IMG/VR virus record: IMGVR_UViG_2534682327_000012
Origin: a virus
Lineage: Duplodnaviria > Heunggongvirae > Uroviricota > Caudoviricetes
Direction: 5' to 3' (one strand)
Length of the DNA stretch: 31,984 bases
A program made the translations under genes and the position numbers. A model generated the notes under the pieces. That model had not been told where the DNA came from and did not search any database. It worked only from the letters and a program-made list of their open reading frames with translations. Position 1 is the first letter of the stretch. Each line of letters opens with the position of its first letter. Below are positions 17,694-26,296 of this stretch, in pieces.

Positions 17694-17776
17694 TACGCTC
17701 TCCTTGAATGTTGTCTGGTAGTTCTACAAATGAATCCAGATAGCATAACTTTTATATATTGTGCAATCTCACATGC

Positions 17777-18412
17777 ATGAACACTCTCGCAAATATTCAG
17801 GAACTCGCGCGCGCACTGCGCAACATGATTCGCACCGGCATTATCGTCGAAACCGACCTTAACGCCGGTCGCTGCCGTGTGCAGACCGGCGGCATGTGCA
17901 CCGACTGGCTTCAGTGGCTGACCCATCGCGCCGGACGTTCGCGCACATGGGGGGCACCTTCCGTAGGGGAACAGGTGCTGATTCTGGCCGTGGGCGGTGA
18001 ACTCGACACGGCGTTCGTTCTGCCGGGGATTTATTCCGGCGATAACCCCGCGCCGTCTGCGTCGGCGGATGCCCTGCATATCCGTTTCCCTGACGGGGCG
18101 GTGATTGAGTATGAACCTGAAACCAGTGCGCTCACGGTAAGCGGAGTTAAAACGGCCAGCGTGATGGCTTCTGATTCTGTTACTGCCACGGTGCCGGTGG
18201 TTATGGTGAAAGCATCAACCCGCATCACCCTGGACACACCGGAAGTGGTCTGCACCAACAAACTGACTACCGGCACGCTGGAAGTGCAGAAGGGCGGGAC
18301 GATGCGCGGCAACATTGAACACACCGGCGGTGAACTCTCATCAAACGGTAAGGTACTGCATACCCATAAACACCCCGGCGACAGCGGCGGCACAACCGGG
18401 AGTCCTTTATGA
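17777..18412 (+). CDS. V: Baseplate spike/assembly protein V, 211 aa
   Basis: Translation from MNTLANIQELARALRNMIRTGIIVETDLNAGRCRVQTGGM matches P2 gpV as I recall it; the track ORF starts with a TTG at 17759. Confidence 0.9.
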   Translation: MNTLANIQELARALRNMIRTGIIVETDLNAGRCRVQTGGMCTDWLQWLTHRAGRSRTWGAPSVGEQVLILAVGGELDTAFVLPGIYSGDNPAPSASADALHIRFPDGAVIEYEPETSALTVSGVKTASVMASDSVTATVPVVMVKASTRITLDTPEVVCTNKLTTGTLEVQKGGTMRGNIEHTGGELSSNGKVLHTHKHPGDSGGTTGSPL

Positions 18413-18756
18413 CAGCGCGTTATCTCGGAATGAATCGCAGTGATGGCCTGACTGTCACTGACCTTGAGCATATCAGCCAGAGTATCGGCGATATCCTGCG
18501 CACACCGGTCGGCTCACGGGTGATGCGTCGTGATTACGGCTCGTTGCTGGCATCAATGATTGACCAGCCGCAGACCCCGGCGCTTGAGTTGCAGATTAAG
18601 GTCGCCTGTTACATGGCGGTGCTGAAATGGGAACCCCGCGTCACCCTGTCATCCGTCACCACTGAGCGCAGTTTTGACGGGCGAATGACGGTCACGTTAA
18701 CCGGCCAGCACAACGACACCGGCCAGCCACTTTCATTAACCATCCCTGTGAGTTGA
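18409..18756 (+). CDS. W: Baseplate protein W, 115 aa
   Basis: ATGA overlap with V; size and order. Confidence 0.88.
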   Translation: MTARYLGMNRSDGLTVTDLEHISQSIGDILRTPVGSRVMRRDYGSLLASMIDQPQTPALELQIKVACYMAVLKWEPRVTLSSVTTERSFDGRMTVTLTGQHNDTGQPLSLTIPVS

Positions 18757-18760
18757 AACC

Positions 18761-19669
18761 ATGCCGATTATCGACCTGAACCAGCTACCCGCACCGGATG
18801 TGGTCGAGGAGCTGGACTTTGAAACCATTCTTGCCGAACGCAAGGCGACACTGATTTCCCTTTACCCGGAAGACCAGCAGGAGGCGGTCGCCCGTACCCT
18901 GACGCTGGAATCCGAGCCTCTCGTCAAACTGCTGGAGGAAAATGCTTATCGTGAGCTTATCTGGCGTCAGCGTGTGAATGAGGCCGCACGGGCGGTAATG
19001 CTGGCCTGTGCCGCCGGTAATGACCTTGATGTGATTGGTGCCAATTACAACACCACGCGCCTGATTATCACCCCGGCAGATGATTCGACCCTCCCGCCGA
19101 CACCGGCAGTGATGGAATCTGACACGGATTATCGTCTGCGTATTCAGCAGGCGTTTGAAGGTTTAAGCGTCGCCGGGTCGGTGGGGGCCTATCAGTATCA
19201 TGGTCGCAGTGCCGACGGGCGTGTCGCGGATATTTCTGTAACCAGTCCGTCTCCGGCCTGCGTCACCATCTCTGTGCTGTCACGTGAAAATAACGGTGTC
19301 GCATCCGAAGACCTACTGGCGGTGGTGCGTAACGCCCTTAATGGTGAGGACGTCAGGCCGGTGGCCGACCGCGTGACCGTGCAGTCTGCCGCCATCGTTG
19401 AATACCAGATAAACGCCACGCTTTACCTTTACCCTGGTCCCGAAAGCGAACCCATACGCGCTGCTGCCGTGAAAAAACTGGAAGCGTACATCACGGCACA
19501 GCACCGGCTGGGGCGCGACATCCGTCTGTCTGCCATTTATGCCGCTTTGCATGTGGAAGGCGTGCAGCGTGTCGAACTGACTGCACCGCTGGCCGACATC
19601 GTGCTCAACAGTACGCAGGCGTCTTTCTGTACCGAATACCGCGTCGTGACCGGAGGCTCGGATGAGTGA
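18761..19669 (+). CDS. J: Baseplate protein J, 302 aa
   Basis: Size and order. Confidence 0.88.
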   Translation: MPIIDLNQLPAPDVVEELDFETILAERKATLISLYPEDQQEAVARTLTLESEPLVKLLEENAYRELIWRQRVNEAARAVMLACAAGNDLDVIGANYNTTRLIITPADDSTLPPTPAVMESDTDYRLRIQQAFEGLSVAGSVGAYQYHGRSADGRVADISVTSPSPACVTISVLSRENNGVASEDLLAVVRNALNGEDVRPVADRVTVQSAAIVEYQINATLYLYPGPESEPIRAAAVKKLEAYITAQHRLGRDIRLSAIYAALHVEGVQRVELTAPLADIVLNSTQASFCTEYRVVTGGSDE

Positions 19670-20192
19670 TTCGCGACTGCTGCCGACCGGCTCATCACCG
19701 CTTGAAGTTGCCGCCGCACAAGCCTGTGCGGAAATTGAAAAAACGCCGGTCAGGATTCGTGAACTGTGGAACCCGGATACCTGTCCGGCAAATCTGCTGC
19801 CGTGGCTGGCGTGGGCGTTTTCGGTCGACAGGTGGGATGAAAAGTGGCCGGAAGCGACAAAACGCGCCGTTATCCGCGATGCCTATTTCATCCACTGTCA
19901 TAAAGGCACTATCGGCGCAATCCGGCGTGTGGTGGAGCCGCTCGGCTATCTCATCAACGTGACGGAGTGGTGGGAAAACAGTGACCCGCCCGGCACCTTC
20001 CGGCTTGATATTGGTGTACTGGAAAGCGGCATCACAGAGGCAATGTATCAGGAAATGGAACGGCTTATTGCTGATGCCAAACCTGCAAGCCGTCATCTTA
20101 TTGGCCTGAACATTACCCGGGACATTCCCGGCTACCTGTTCGCCGGTGGTGTGGCTTACGACGGCGATGTAATTACGGTTTACCCCGGATAA
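19662..20192 (+). CDS. I: Baseplate/tail protein I, 176 aa
   Basis: Overlaps the J stop; size and order. Confidence 0.88.
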   Translation: MSDSRLLPTGSSPLEVAAAQACAEIEKTPVRIRELWNPDTCPANLLPWLAWAFSVDRWDEKWPEATKRAVIRDAYFIHCHKGTIGAIRRVVEPLGYLINVTEWWENSDPPGTFRLDIGVLESGITEAMYQEMERLIADAKPASRHLIGLNITRDIPGYLFAGGVAYDGDVITVYPG

Positions 20193-20202
20193 GTGAGGAA
20201 TA

Positions 20203-22497
20203 ATGAGCACAAAATTCAGAACCGTTATCACCACTGCCGGTGCAGCAAAGCTGGCAGCGGCAACCGCACCGGGAGGGCGGAAGGTCAACATTACCACGAT
20301 GGCCGTCGGGGATGGCGGTGGTAAATTGCCTGTCCCGGATGCCGGACAGACCGGGCTTATCCACGAAGTCTGGCGACATACGCTGAACAAAATCAGCCAG
20401 GACAAACGAAACAGTAATTATATTATCGCAGAGCTGGTTATTCCGCCGGAGGTGGGCGGTTTCTGGATGCGTGAGCTTGGCCTGTACGATGATGCGGGAA
20501 CGTTAATTGCCGTGGCGAACATGGCCGAAAGTTATAAGCCAGCTCTTGCCGAAGGCTCAGGGCGTTCGCAGACCTGTCGCATGGTCATCATCGTCAGCAG
20601 TGTGGCCTCGGTGGAGCTGACCATTGACACCACAACGGTGATGGCGACACAGGATTACGTTGATGACAAAATTGCAGAGCACGAACAGTCACGACGTCAC
20701 CCGGACGCCTCGCTGACCGCAAAAGGTTTTACTCAGTTAAGCAGTGCGACCAACAGCACGTCTGAAACACTGGCCGCAACGCCGAAAGCGGTAAAGGCCG
20801 CCTATGACCTTGCTAACGGGAAATATACCGCACAGGACGCTACCACTGCGCGAAAAGGTCTTGTCCAGCTCAGTAGTGCCACCAACAGCACGTCTGAAAC
20901 GCTTGCGGCAACGCCAAAGGCGGTTAAGACAGCGTATGACCTTGCTAACGGGAAATACACTGCACAGGACGCCACTACAGCGCGAAAAGGTCTTGTCCAG
21001 CTCAGTAGCGCCACCAACAGCGATTCTGAAACGCTTGCGGCAACACCAAAGGCGGTTAAGACAGCGTATGACCTTGCTAACGGGAAATACACTGCACAGG
21101 ATGCCACCACAGCGCGAAAAGGTCTTGTCCAGCTAAGTAGTGCCATCAACAGCGATTCTGAAACGCTGGCCGCAACGCCAAAAGCAGTGAAGTCTGCCTA
21201 TGACAATGCTGAAAAACGTCTTCAGAAAGATCAGAACGGTGCGGATATTCCGGGAAAGGATACCTTCACGAAAAATATCGGTGCCTGTCGTGCTTATAGC
21301 GGCGCTTTGAGCACTGAAGCCGGAAACTGGACAACCGCTCAGTTTATTGAATGGCTGGATTCCCGTGGTGCATTTAATCATCCGTACTGGATGTGCAAAG
21401 GCTCCTGGTCATATGCAAATAACAAAATCATTACGGATACCGGATGTGGTGATATCCACCTGGCTGGTTGTGTCGTCGAGGTCATGGGAACTAAATCTGC
21501 AATCACTATCCGAGTGACCACGCCAACAACATCAAGCGGTGGCGGTACAACCAGCGCGCAATTCACTTACATAAATCATGGGGACGGCTACTCCCCCGGC
21601 TGGCGTCGTGACTGGAATCGTCAGGGCGACTCAATGACCGGAACGATTAATCAGGATGGCGGAAGCCAGAATGCCTATATGTCTACGGCCTTATGTTCAG
21701 GCACCAGAGGCGGCAAAAAATATCTCAGAAAGTTTCGTGGTGGAGAAGGAGATACTATCTGGCATGAAACAGTTCAGGGCGGGGTAATTCGCTGGGCGAC
21801 AGGAAACAATGACGCTCAGGAAGAATTATCACTCAGCTCCGCTTATGGTCTCCGTTCAAGAGGTGAAATTACATCACTCAGTGCTAATGGTCTGCGCATT
21901 GCTTATGGCAATTATGGATTCTTTATCAGGAATGATGGCGGCAGCACATATTTAATGCTGACGGCCTCTGGCGATAAATTTGGGACATGGAACGGCTTAA
22001 GACCGCTGACTATCAATAACGCCAATGGCGGAGTGTCAATGGGGCATGGCCTGAGTGTTACAGGTGATATTGTCTCAAGTACCAAAGTACGTGCCGGTAG
22101 CGGGAAAAAGTTCACGGTCAGCAGCAGCAATACATCCACGAAGGAAGCCGCATTCAATTTGTGGGGAAACTCAAGTCGTCCTGTGGTGGCTGAATTAGGT
22201 GATGATGCAGGCTGGCATTTTTACAGTCAGAGAAATACAGATAACAGCATCACTTTTGCTGTTAACGGGCAGGTATCACCATCTAACTATAGTAATTTTG
22301 ATTCCCGTTATGTACGCGATATCCGGCTTGGGACTCGAGTTGTCCAGACCATGAAGAAAGGGGGGATGTATGAGAAAGCAGGGCACGTAATTACCGGGCT
22401 TGGTATTATCGGTGAAGTCGATGGTGATGACCCCGCAGTATTCAGACCAATACAAAAATACATCAATGGCACATGGTATAACGTCGCACAGGTGTAA
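20203..22497 (+). CDS. H: Tail fibre protein H, 764 aa, with an internal tandem repeat array
   Basis: Conserved N-terminal part MSTKFRTVITTAGAAKLAAATAPGG; Ser/Thr/Gly-rich C-terminal receptor-binding part; followed by tail fibre assembly gene G. Confidence 0.9.
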   Translation: MSTKFRTVITTAGAAKLAAATAPGGRKVNITTMAVGDGGGKLPVPDAGQTGLIHEVWRHTLNKISQDKRNSNYIIAELVIPPEVGGFWMRELGLYDDAGTLIAVANMAESYKPALAEGSGRSQTCRMVIIVSSVASVELTIDTTTVMATQDYVDDKIAEHEQSRRHPDASLTAKGFTQLSSATNSTSETLAATPKAVKAAYDLANGKYTAQDATTARKGLVQLSSATNSTSETLAATPKAVKTAYDLANGKYTAQDATTARKGLVQLSSATNSDSETLAATPKAVKTAYDLANGKYTAQDATTARKGLVQLSSAINSDSETLAATPKAVKSAYDNAEKRLQKDQNGADIPGKDTFTKNIGACRAYSGALSTEAGNWTTAQFIEWLDSRGAFNHPYWMCKGSWSYANNKIITDTGCGDIHLAGCVVEVMGTKSAITIRVTTPTTSSGGGTTSAQFTYINHGDGYSPGWRRDWNRQGDSMTGTINQDGGSQNAYMSTALCSGTRGGKKYLRKFRGGEGDTIWHETVQGGVIRWATGNNDAQEELSLSSAYGLRSRGEITSLSANGLRIAYGNYGFFIRNDGGSTYLMLTASGDKFGTWNGLRPLTINNANGGVSMGHGLSVTGDIVSSTKVRAGSGKKFTVSSSNTSTKEAAFNLWGNSSRPVVAELGDDAGWHFYSQRNTDNSITFAVNGQVSPSNYSNFDSRYVRDIRLGTRVVQTMKKGGMYEKAGHVITGLGIIGEVDGDDPAVFRPIQKYINGTWYNVAQV
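20722..21204 (+). repeat. In-frame 132-bp (44-aa) tandem repeat, about 3.7 copies, within H (unit KGLVQLSSATNSTSETLAATPKAVKTAYDLANGKYTAQDATTAR)
   Basis: Copies begin at 20722, 20854, 20986 and 21118; copies 2 and 3 are nearly identical at the DNA level. Confidence 0.9.
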
Positions 22498-22500
22498 TTT

Positions 22501-23028
22501 ATGCAGCATTTAAAAAATATTACTGCGGGTAATCCAAAAACTGTTGCCCAATATCAACTGACAAAAAATTTTGATGTTATCTGGTTATGGTCCGAAGAGG
22601 GAAAAAACTGGTATGAGGAAGTAAGTAATTTTCAGGCAGACACGATAAAGATTGTTTACGACGAGAATAATATAATTGTCGGCATCACCAGAGATGCTTC
22701 AACGCTTAACCCTGAAGGTTTTAGCGTTGTCGAGGTTCCTGATATTACCGCCAACCGACGTGCTGATGACTCAGGGAAATGGATGTTTAAGGATGGTGCC
22801 GTGATTAAGCGGATTTATACGGCAGACGAACAGCAACAACAGGCAGAATCACAAAAGGCCGCGTTACTTTCCGAAGCGGAAAGCGTTATTCAGCCACTGG
22901 AGCGCGCTGTCAGGCTGAACATGGCAACAGATGAGGAGCGTAGCCGACTGGAAGCATGGGAACGCTACAGTGTTCTGGTCAGCCGTGTGGATCCTGCAAA
23001 TCCTGAATGGCCGGAAATGCCGCAATAA
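22501..23028 (+). CDS. G: Tail fibre assembly protein G, 175 aa
   Basis: Immediately downstream of H; size and order. Confidence 0.85.
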   Translation: MQHLKNITAGNPKTVAQYQLTKNFDVIWLWSEEGKNWYEEVSNFQADTIKIVYDENNIIVGITRDASTLNPEGFSVVEVPDITANRRADDSGKWMFKDGAVIKRIYTADEQQQQAESQKAALLSEAESVIQPLERAVRLNMATDEERSRLEAWERYSVLVSRVDPANPEWPEMPQ

Positions 23029-23157
23029 GTGATATGATCTCTTGTGTTAGTTAACATAGCTATAGTACAGAGTAAGGCCTAATCTGACAGTCCGCTCTGT
23101 GCTAGGAGCGGACATTATCAACATCATGCTATGTTAATGTATAAAGTGAAGATAAAT

Positions 23158-23166
23158 TGATATAAT
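23158..23166 (+). promoter_or_regulatory. Candidate extended -10 promoter element TGaTATAAT upstream of the slot-3 cargo gene
   Basis: TG-n-TATAAT seen in the AT-rich G/FI intergenic region; no good -35 hexamer found. Confidence 0.3.
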
Positions 23167-23416
23167 AAGGCCACCATGAATATTTCAGAACCTTGTCAAA
23201 AGGTTTGCCCATACTCTAGTCTTGCAATGTGTAGTTGATAGTTCCACTGAGGAGGTTCTTCGACATTCTTTATAAAAATGTACATTTTCATCAATAATAA
23301 GAGGTAAAAGGGCTTTAATAGTTTTTGTGGATGTTATTTCTACTCATAAATTTTGAGATAAGTATTGAGTTGAGATAAAGTTAAACTCGTTAAATTCACC
23401 TTTAAAAGGATAAAAC

Positions 23417-23944
23417 ATGGACTGGAAAGATCTTGCATCAACCGCTGTGTATACAGGTATGACTGATGAAAATGAAAGCATATGGGAACGTGTTGATGGG
23501 GTTGACGTTGCCTTCATAGGTGCCTTTCTTACTGCGCACTTGAGCCTTGAAAAGTATATTACTGATTATCTTGGATTAAGATATCCTTCGTTAGCTTGGG
23601 GTGATGCAAAACTCACATTTTCACAAAAAATAGCTTTAATACAACATGAGCCTGCAAAACCCCCTTATGATGAAATATATTTAAGAATAAAAGACTTTAA
23701 CAGCATAAGAAATAAAATCAGTCATCAATTGAATTATCAGATTACGGATAAAGAAAAAAGTAAGTTTGTGGACTTCTATATGAAGATTACTAAAGCCAGT
23801 AAAACTAAACCAAATATTGATATTGATAACATGGCAGATTTGTTGGGTTTTTTCGTATCGATGACAAAATCCTATTTTGCTAGTGCTATTTCTTATTATC
23901 ATTATAATAAAAAGGTTGCAGGTAAAAGTAATAAAATTGATTAA
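23417..23944 (+). CDS. Low-GC cargo protein in the Z/fun slot, 175 aa; candidate HEPN-like RNase (motif R98-N-K-I-S-H103)
   Basis: RBS AAGGA ~7 nt upstream of the ATG; AT-rich; RNKISH encoded at 23708..23725 fits the HEPN Rx4-6H motif with the usual Asn after Arg; a terminator follows downstream. Confidence 0.75.
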   Translation: MDWKDLASTAVYTGMTDENESIWERVDGVDVAFIGAFLTAHLSLEKYITDYLGLRYPSLAWGDAKLTFSQKIALIQHEPAKPPYDEIYLRIKDFNSIRNKISHQLNYQITDKEKSKFVDFYMKITKASKTKPNIDIDNMADLLGFFVSMTKSYFASAISYYHYNKKVAGKSNKID

Positions 23945-24119
23945 TAAAACTGGACTTAGGGATAATTAATATATAGACGTTCTATCATTTTTAGAGTGTG
24001 CGGCAGCTCCATACATTCATGCGGATGTCAGCACCTCGCTCAAAGCAGACAGTCAGATTTGATAGCGTTTGGACTATGTAAATAGTCAGTTGGAAAATGA
24101 GTGAGTACAAATCAGGACA

Positions 24120-24146
24120 GGCGGGCGAATTGCCCGCCTTTTCTTT
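24120..24146 (+). terminator. Rho-independent terminator: GGCGGGC, loop GAATT, GCCCGCC, then TTTTCTTT
   Basis: 7-bp GC-rich stem, 5-nt loop and U-tract seen directly, ~175 bp downstream of the slot-3 cargo gene and ~100 bp upstream of FI. Confidence 0.75.
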
Positions 24147-24242
24147 ATCTGTTGTTTCATCCACTGACCAGCCAGGTCAAATAGCGTCTCATGCTCTGCA
24201 CAACAGAAAATAGTTGCACCCATTAACCACGGAGTTAAACGG

Positions 24243-25433
24243 ATGAGTGACTATCATCACGGCGTGCAGGTGCTGGAGATTAACGACGGCACCCGCGTCA
24301 TTTCCACCGTATCCACTGCCATTGTCGGCATGGTCTGCACGGCCAGCGATGCGGATGCGGAAACCTTCCCCCTCAATAAACCTGTGCTGATTACCAATGT
24401 GCAGAGCGCAATTGCAAAGGCCGGTAAAAAAGGCACGCTGGCGGCGTCGCTGCAGGCCATCGCTGACCAGTCAAAACCGGTCACCGTTGTCGTGCGTGTG
24501 GAAGACGGCACCGGCGACGACGAGGAAACGAAACTCGCGCAGACCGTTTCCAATATCATCGGCACCACCGACGAAAACGGTCAGTACACCGGACTGAAAG
24601 CCCTGCTGGCGGCGGAGTCGGTAACCGGTGTTAAACCGCGTATTCTCGGCGTGCCGGGACTGGACACCAAAGAGGTGGCTGTTGCACTGGCATCAGTCTG
24701 TCAGAAGCTGCGCGCTTTCGGGTATATCAGCGCATGGGGCTGTAAAACCATTTCCGAGGTGAAAGCCTACCGTCAGAATTTCAGCCAGCGTGAGCTGATG
24801 GTCATCTGGCCGGATTTCCTCGCATGGGATACGGTCAGCAGCACCACCGCCACCGCGTATGCCACCGCCCGTGCGCTGGGTCTGCGCGCTAAAATCGACC
24901 AGGAGCAGGGCTGGCATAAAACGCTGTCCAACGTCGGGGTAAACGGTGTTACCGGCATCAGCGCATCTGTATTCTGGGATTTGCAGGAGTCCGGCACCGA
25001 TGCTGACCTGCTTAACGAGTCAGGCGTCACTACGCTGATTCGCCGCGACGGTTTCCGATTCTGGGGTAACCGTACCTGCTCTGATGACCCGCTGTTCCTT
25101 TTTGAAAACTACACCCGCACCGCGCAGGTGCTGGCCGACACGATGGCTGGGGCGCACATGTGGGCGGTGGACAAGCCCATCACCGCAACGCTGATTCGCG
25201 ACATCGTTGACGGCATCAATGCCAAATTCCGTGAGCTGAAAACAAACGGCTATATCGTGGATGCGACCTGCTGGTTCAGCGAAGAATCCAACGATGCGGA
25301 AACCCTCAAGGCCGGAAAACTGTATATCGACTACGACTATACACCGGTACCTCCTCTTGAAAACCTGACCCTGCGCCAGCGTATTACCGATAAATACCTG
25401 GCAAATCTGGTCACCTCGGTTAACAGCAATTAA
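24243..25433 (+). CDS. FI: Tail sheath protein FI, 396 aa
   Basis: RBS GGAG upstream; size and order. Confidence 0.92.
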   Translation: MSDYHHGVQVLEINDGTRVISTVSTAIVGMVCTASDADAETFPLNKPVLITNVQSAIAKAGKKGTLAASLQAIADQSKPVTVVVRVEDGTGDDEETKLAQTVSNIIGTTDENGQYTGLKALLAAESVTGVKPRILGVPGLDTKEVAVALASVCQKLRAFGYISAWGCKTISEVKAYRQNFSQRELMVIWPDFLAWDTVSSTTATAYATARALGLRAKIDQEQGWHKTLSNVGVNGVTGISASVFWDLQESGTDADLLNESGVTTLIRRDGFRFWGNRTCSDDPLFLFENYTRTAQVLADTMAGAHMWAVDKPITATLIRDIVDGINAKFRELKTNGYIVDATCWFSEESNDAETLKAGKLYIDYDYTPVPPLENLTLRQRITDKYLANLVTSVNSN

Positions 25434-25445
25434 GGAGCCTGACCG

Positions 25446-25964
25446 ATGGCAATGCCGCGCAAACTCAAGTTAATGAACGTCTTTCTGAACGGCTACAGCT
25501 ATCAGGGCGTCGCGAAGTCCGTCACGCTACCAAAACTGACCCGTAAGCTCGAAAACTATCGCGGTGCGGGGATGAATGGCAGCGCACCGGTAGACCTCGG
25601 CCTTGATGACGATGCGCTGTCAATGGAGTGGTCGCTCGGTGGCTTCCCGGATTCGGTTATCTGGGAGCTTTACGCCGCAACCGGTGTGGATTCCGTACCG
25701 ATTCGTTTTGCAGGCTCTTACCAGCGCGACGATACCGGCGAAACGGTGGCCGTCGAGGTGGTCATGCGTGGACGTCAGAAAGAAATCGACACCGGCGAGG
25801 GCAAACAGGGAGAAGACACCGAGTCGAAAATCTCCGTGGTCTGCACCTATTTCCGGCTGACGATGGACGGTAAGGAGCTGGTCGAAATCGACACCATCAA
25901 CATGATTGAGAAGGTGAACGGCGTCGACCGGCTGGAGCAACACCGCCGCAATATCGGCCTGTGA
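25446..25964 (+). CDS. FII: Tail tube protein FII, 172 aa
   Basis: RBS AAGGAG upstream; size and order. Confidence 0.92.
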   Translation: MAMPRKLKLMNVFLNGYSYQGVAKSVTLPKLTRKLENYRGAGMNGSAPVDLGLDDDALSMEWSLGGFPDSVIWELYAATGVDSVPIRFAGSYQRDDTGETVAVEVVMRGRQKEIDTGEGKQGEDTESKISVVCTYFRLTMDGKELVEIDTINMIEKVNGVDRLEQHRRNIGL

Positions 25965-26020
25965 TTTTCATCCGGTCAGCCTGGCTGACCGGTTAACCCC
26001 GATTCAGAAGTGAGAAAACC

Positions 26021-26296
26021 ATGAACAAAGAAAATGTGATTACCCTGGACAATCCGGTCAAGCGTGGTGAGCAGGTTATCGAACAGGTCACGCTGATGAA
26101 ACCTAATGCCGGGACGCTGCGCGGTGTCAGTCTGGCTGCGGTCGCGAACTCCGAAGTCGATGCACTGATTAAGGTGCTGCCGCGCATGACGGCACCGATG
26201 CTGACCGAGCAGGAAGTCGCCGCGCTGGAACTGCCTGACCTTGTGGCGCTGGCCGGTAAGGTGGTCGGTTTTTTGTCGCCGAACTCGGTGCGGTAA
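26021..26296 (+). CDS. E: Tail assembly chaperone E, 91 aa
   Basis: Small ORF between FII and T; contains the slippery site near its 3' end. Confidence 0.88.
   Translation: MNKENVITLDNPVKRGEQVIEQVTLMKPNAGTLRGVSLAAVANSEVDALIKVLPRMTAPMLTEQEVAALELPDLVALAGKVVGFLSPNSVR

Noticed and set aside
20802-21149. Two ~110-aa ORFs on both strands (20802..21149 minus, 20804..21136 plus) with internally repetitive translations
   Set aside because: They are alternative-frame and antisense readings of the 132-bp tandem repeat array inside tail-fibre gene H; the repetitive peptide pattern is a by-product of the DNA repeat, not independent genes.
20722-21204. Possible CRISPR array suggested by regularly spaced repeats
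   Set aside because: The repeats are 132 bp, contiguous with no unique spacers, and lie in frame inside a conserved tail-fibre CDS; no cas genes are present. This is a protein-coding tandem repeat.
23176-23238. 20-codon Cys-containing micro-ORF (MNISEPCQKVCPYSSLAMCS) with an RBS-like AAGG upstream, in the G/FI spacer
   Set aside because: Too short to support from sequence alone; it may be real (a leader peptide or small protein) but I have no conservation or expression evidence. Noted only as a target if ribosome profiling is done.
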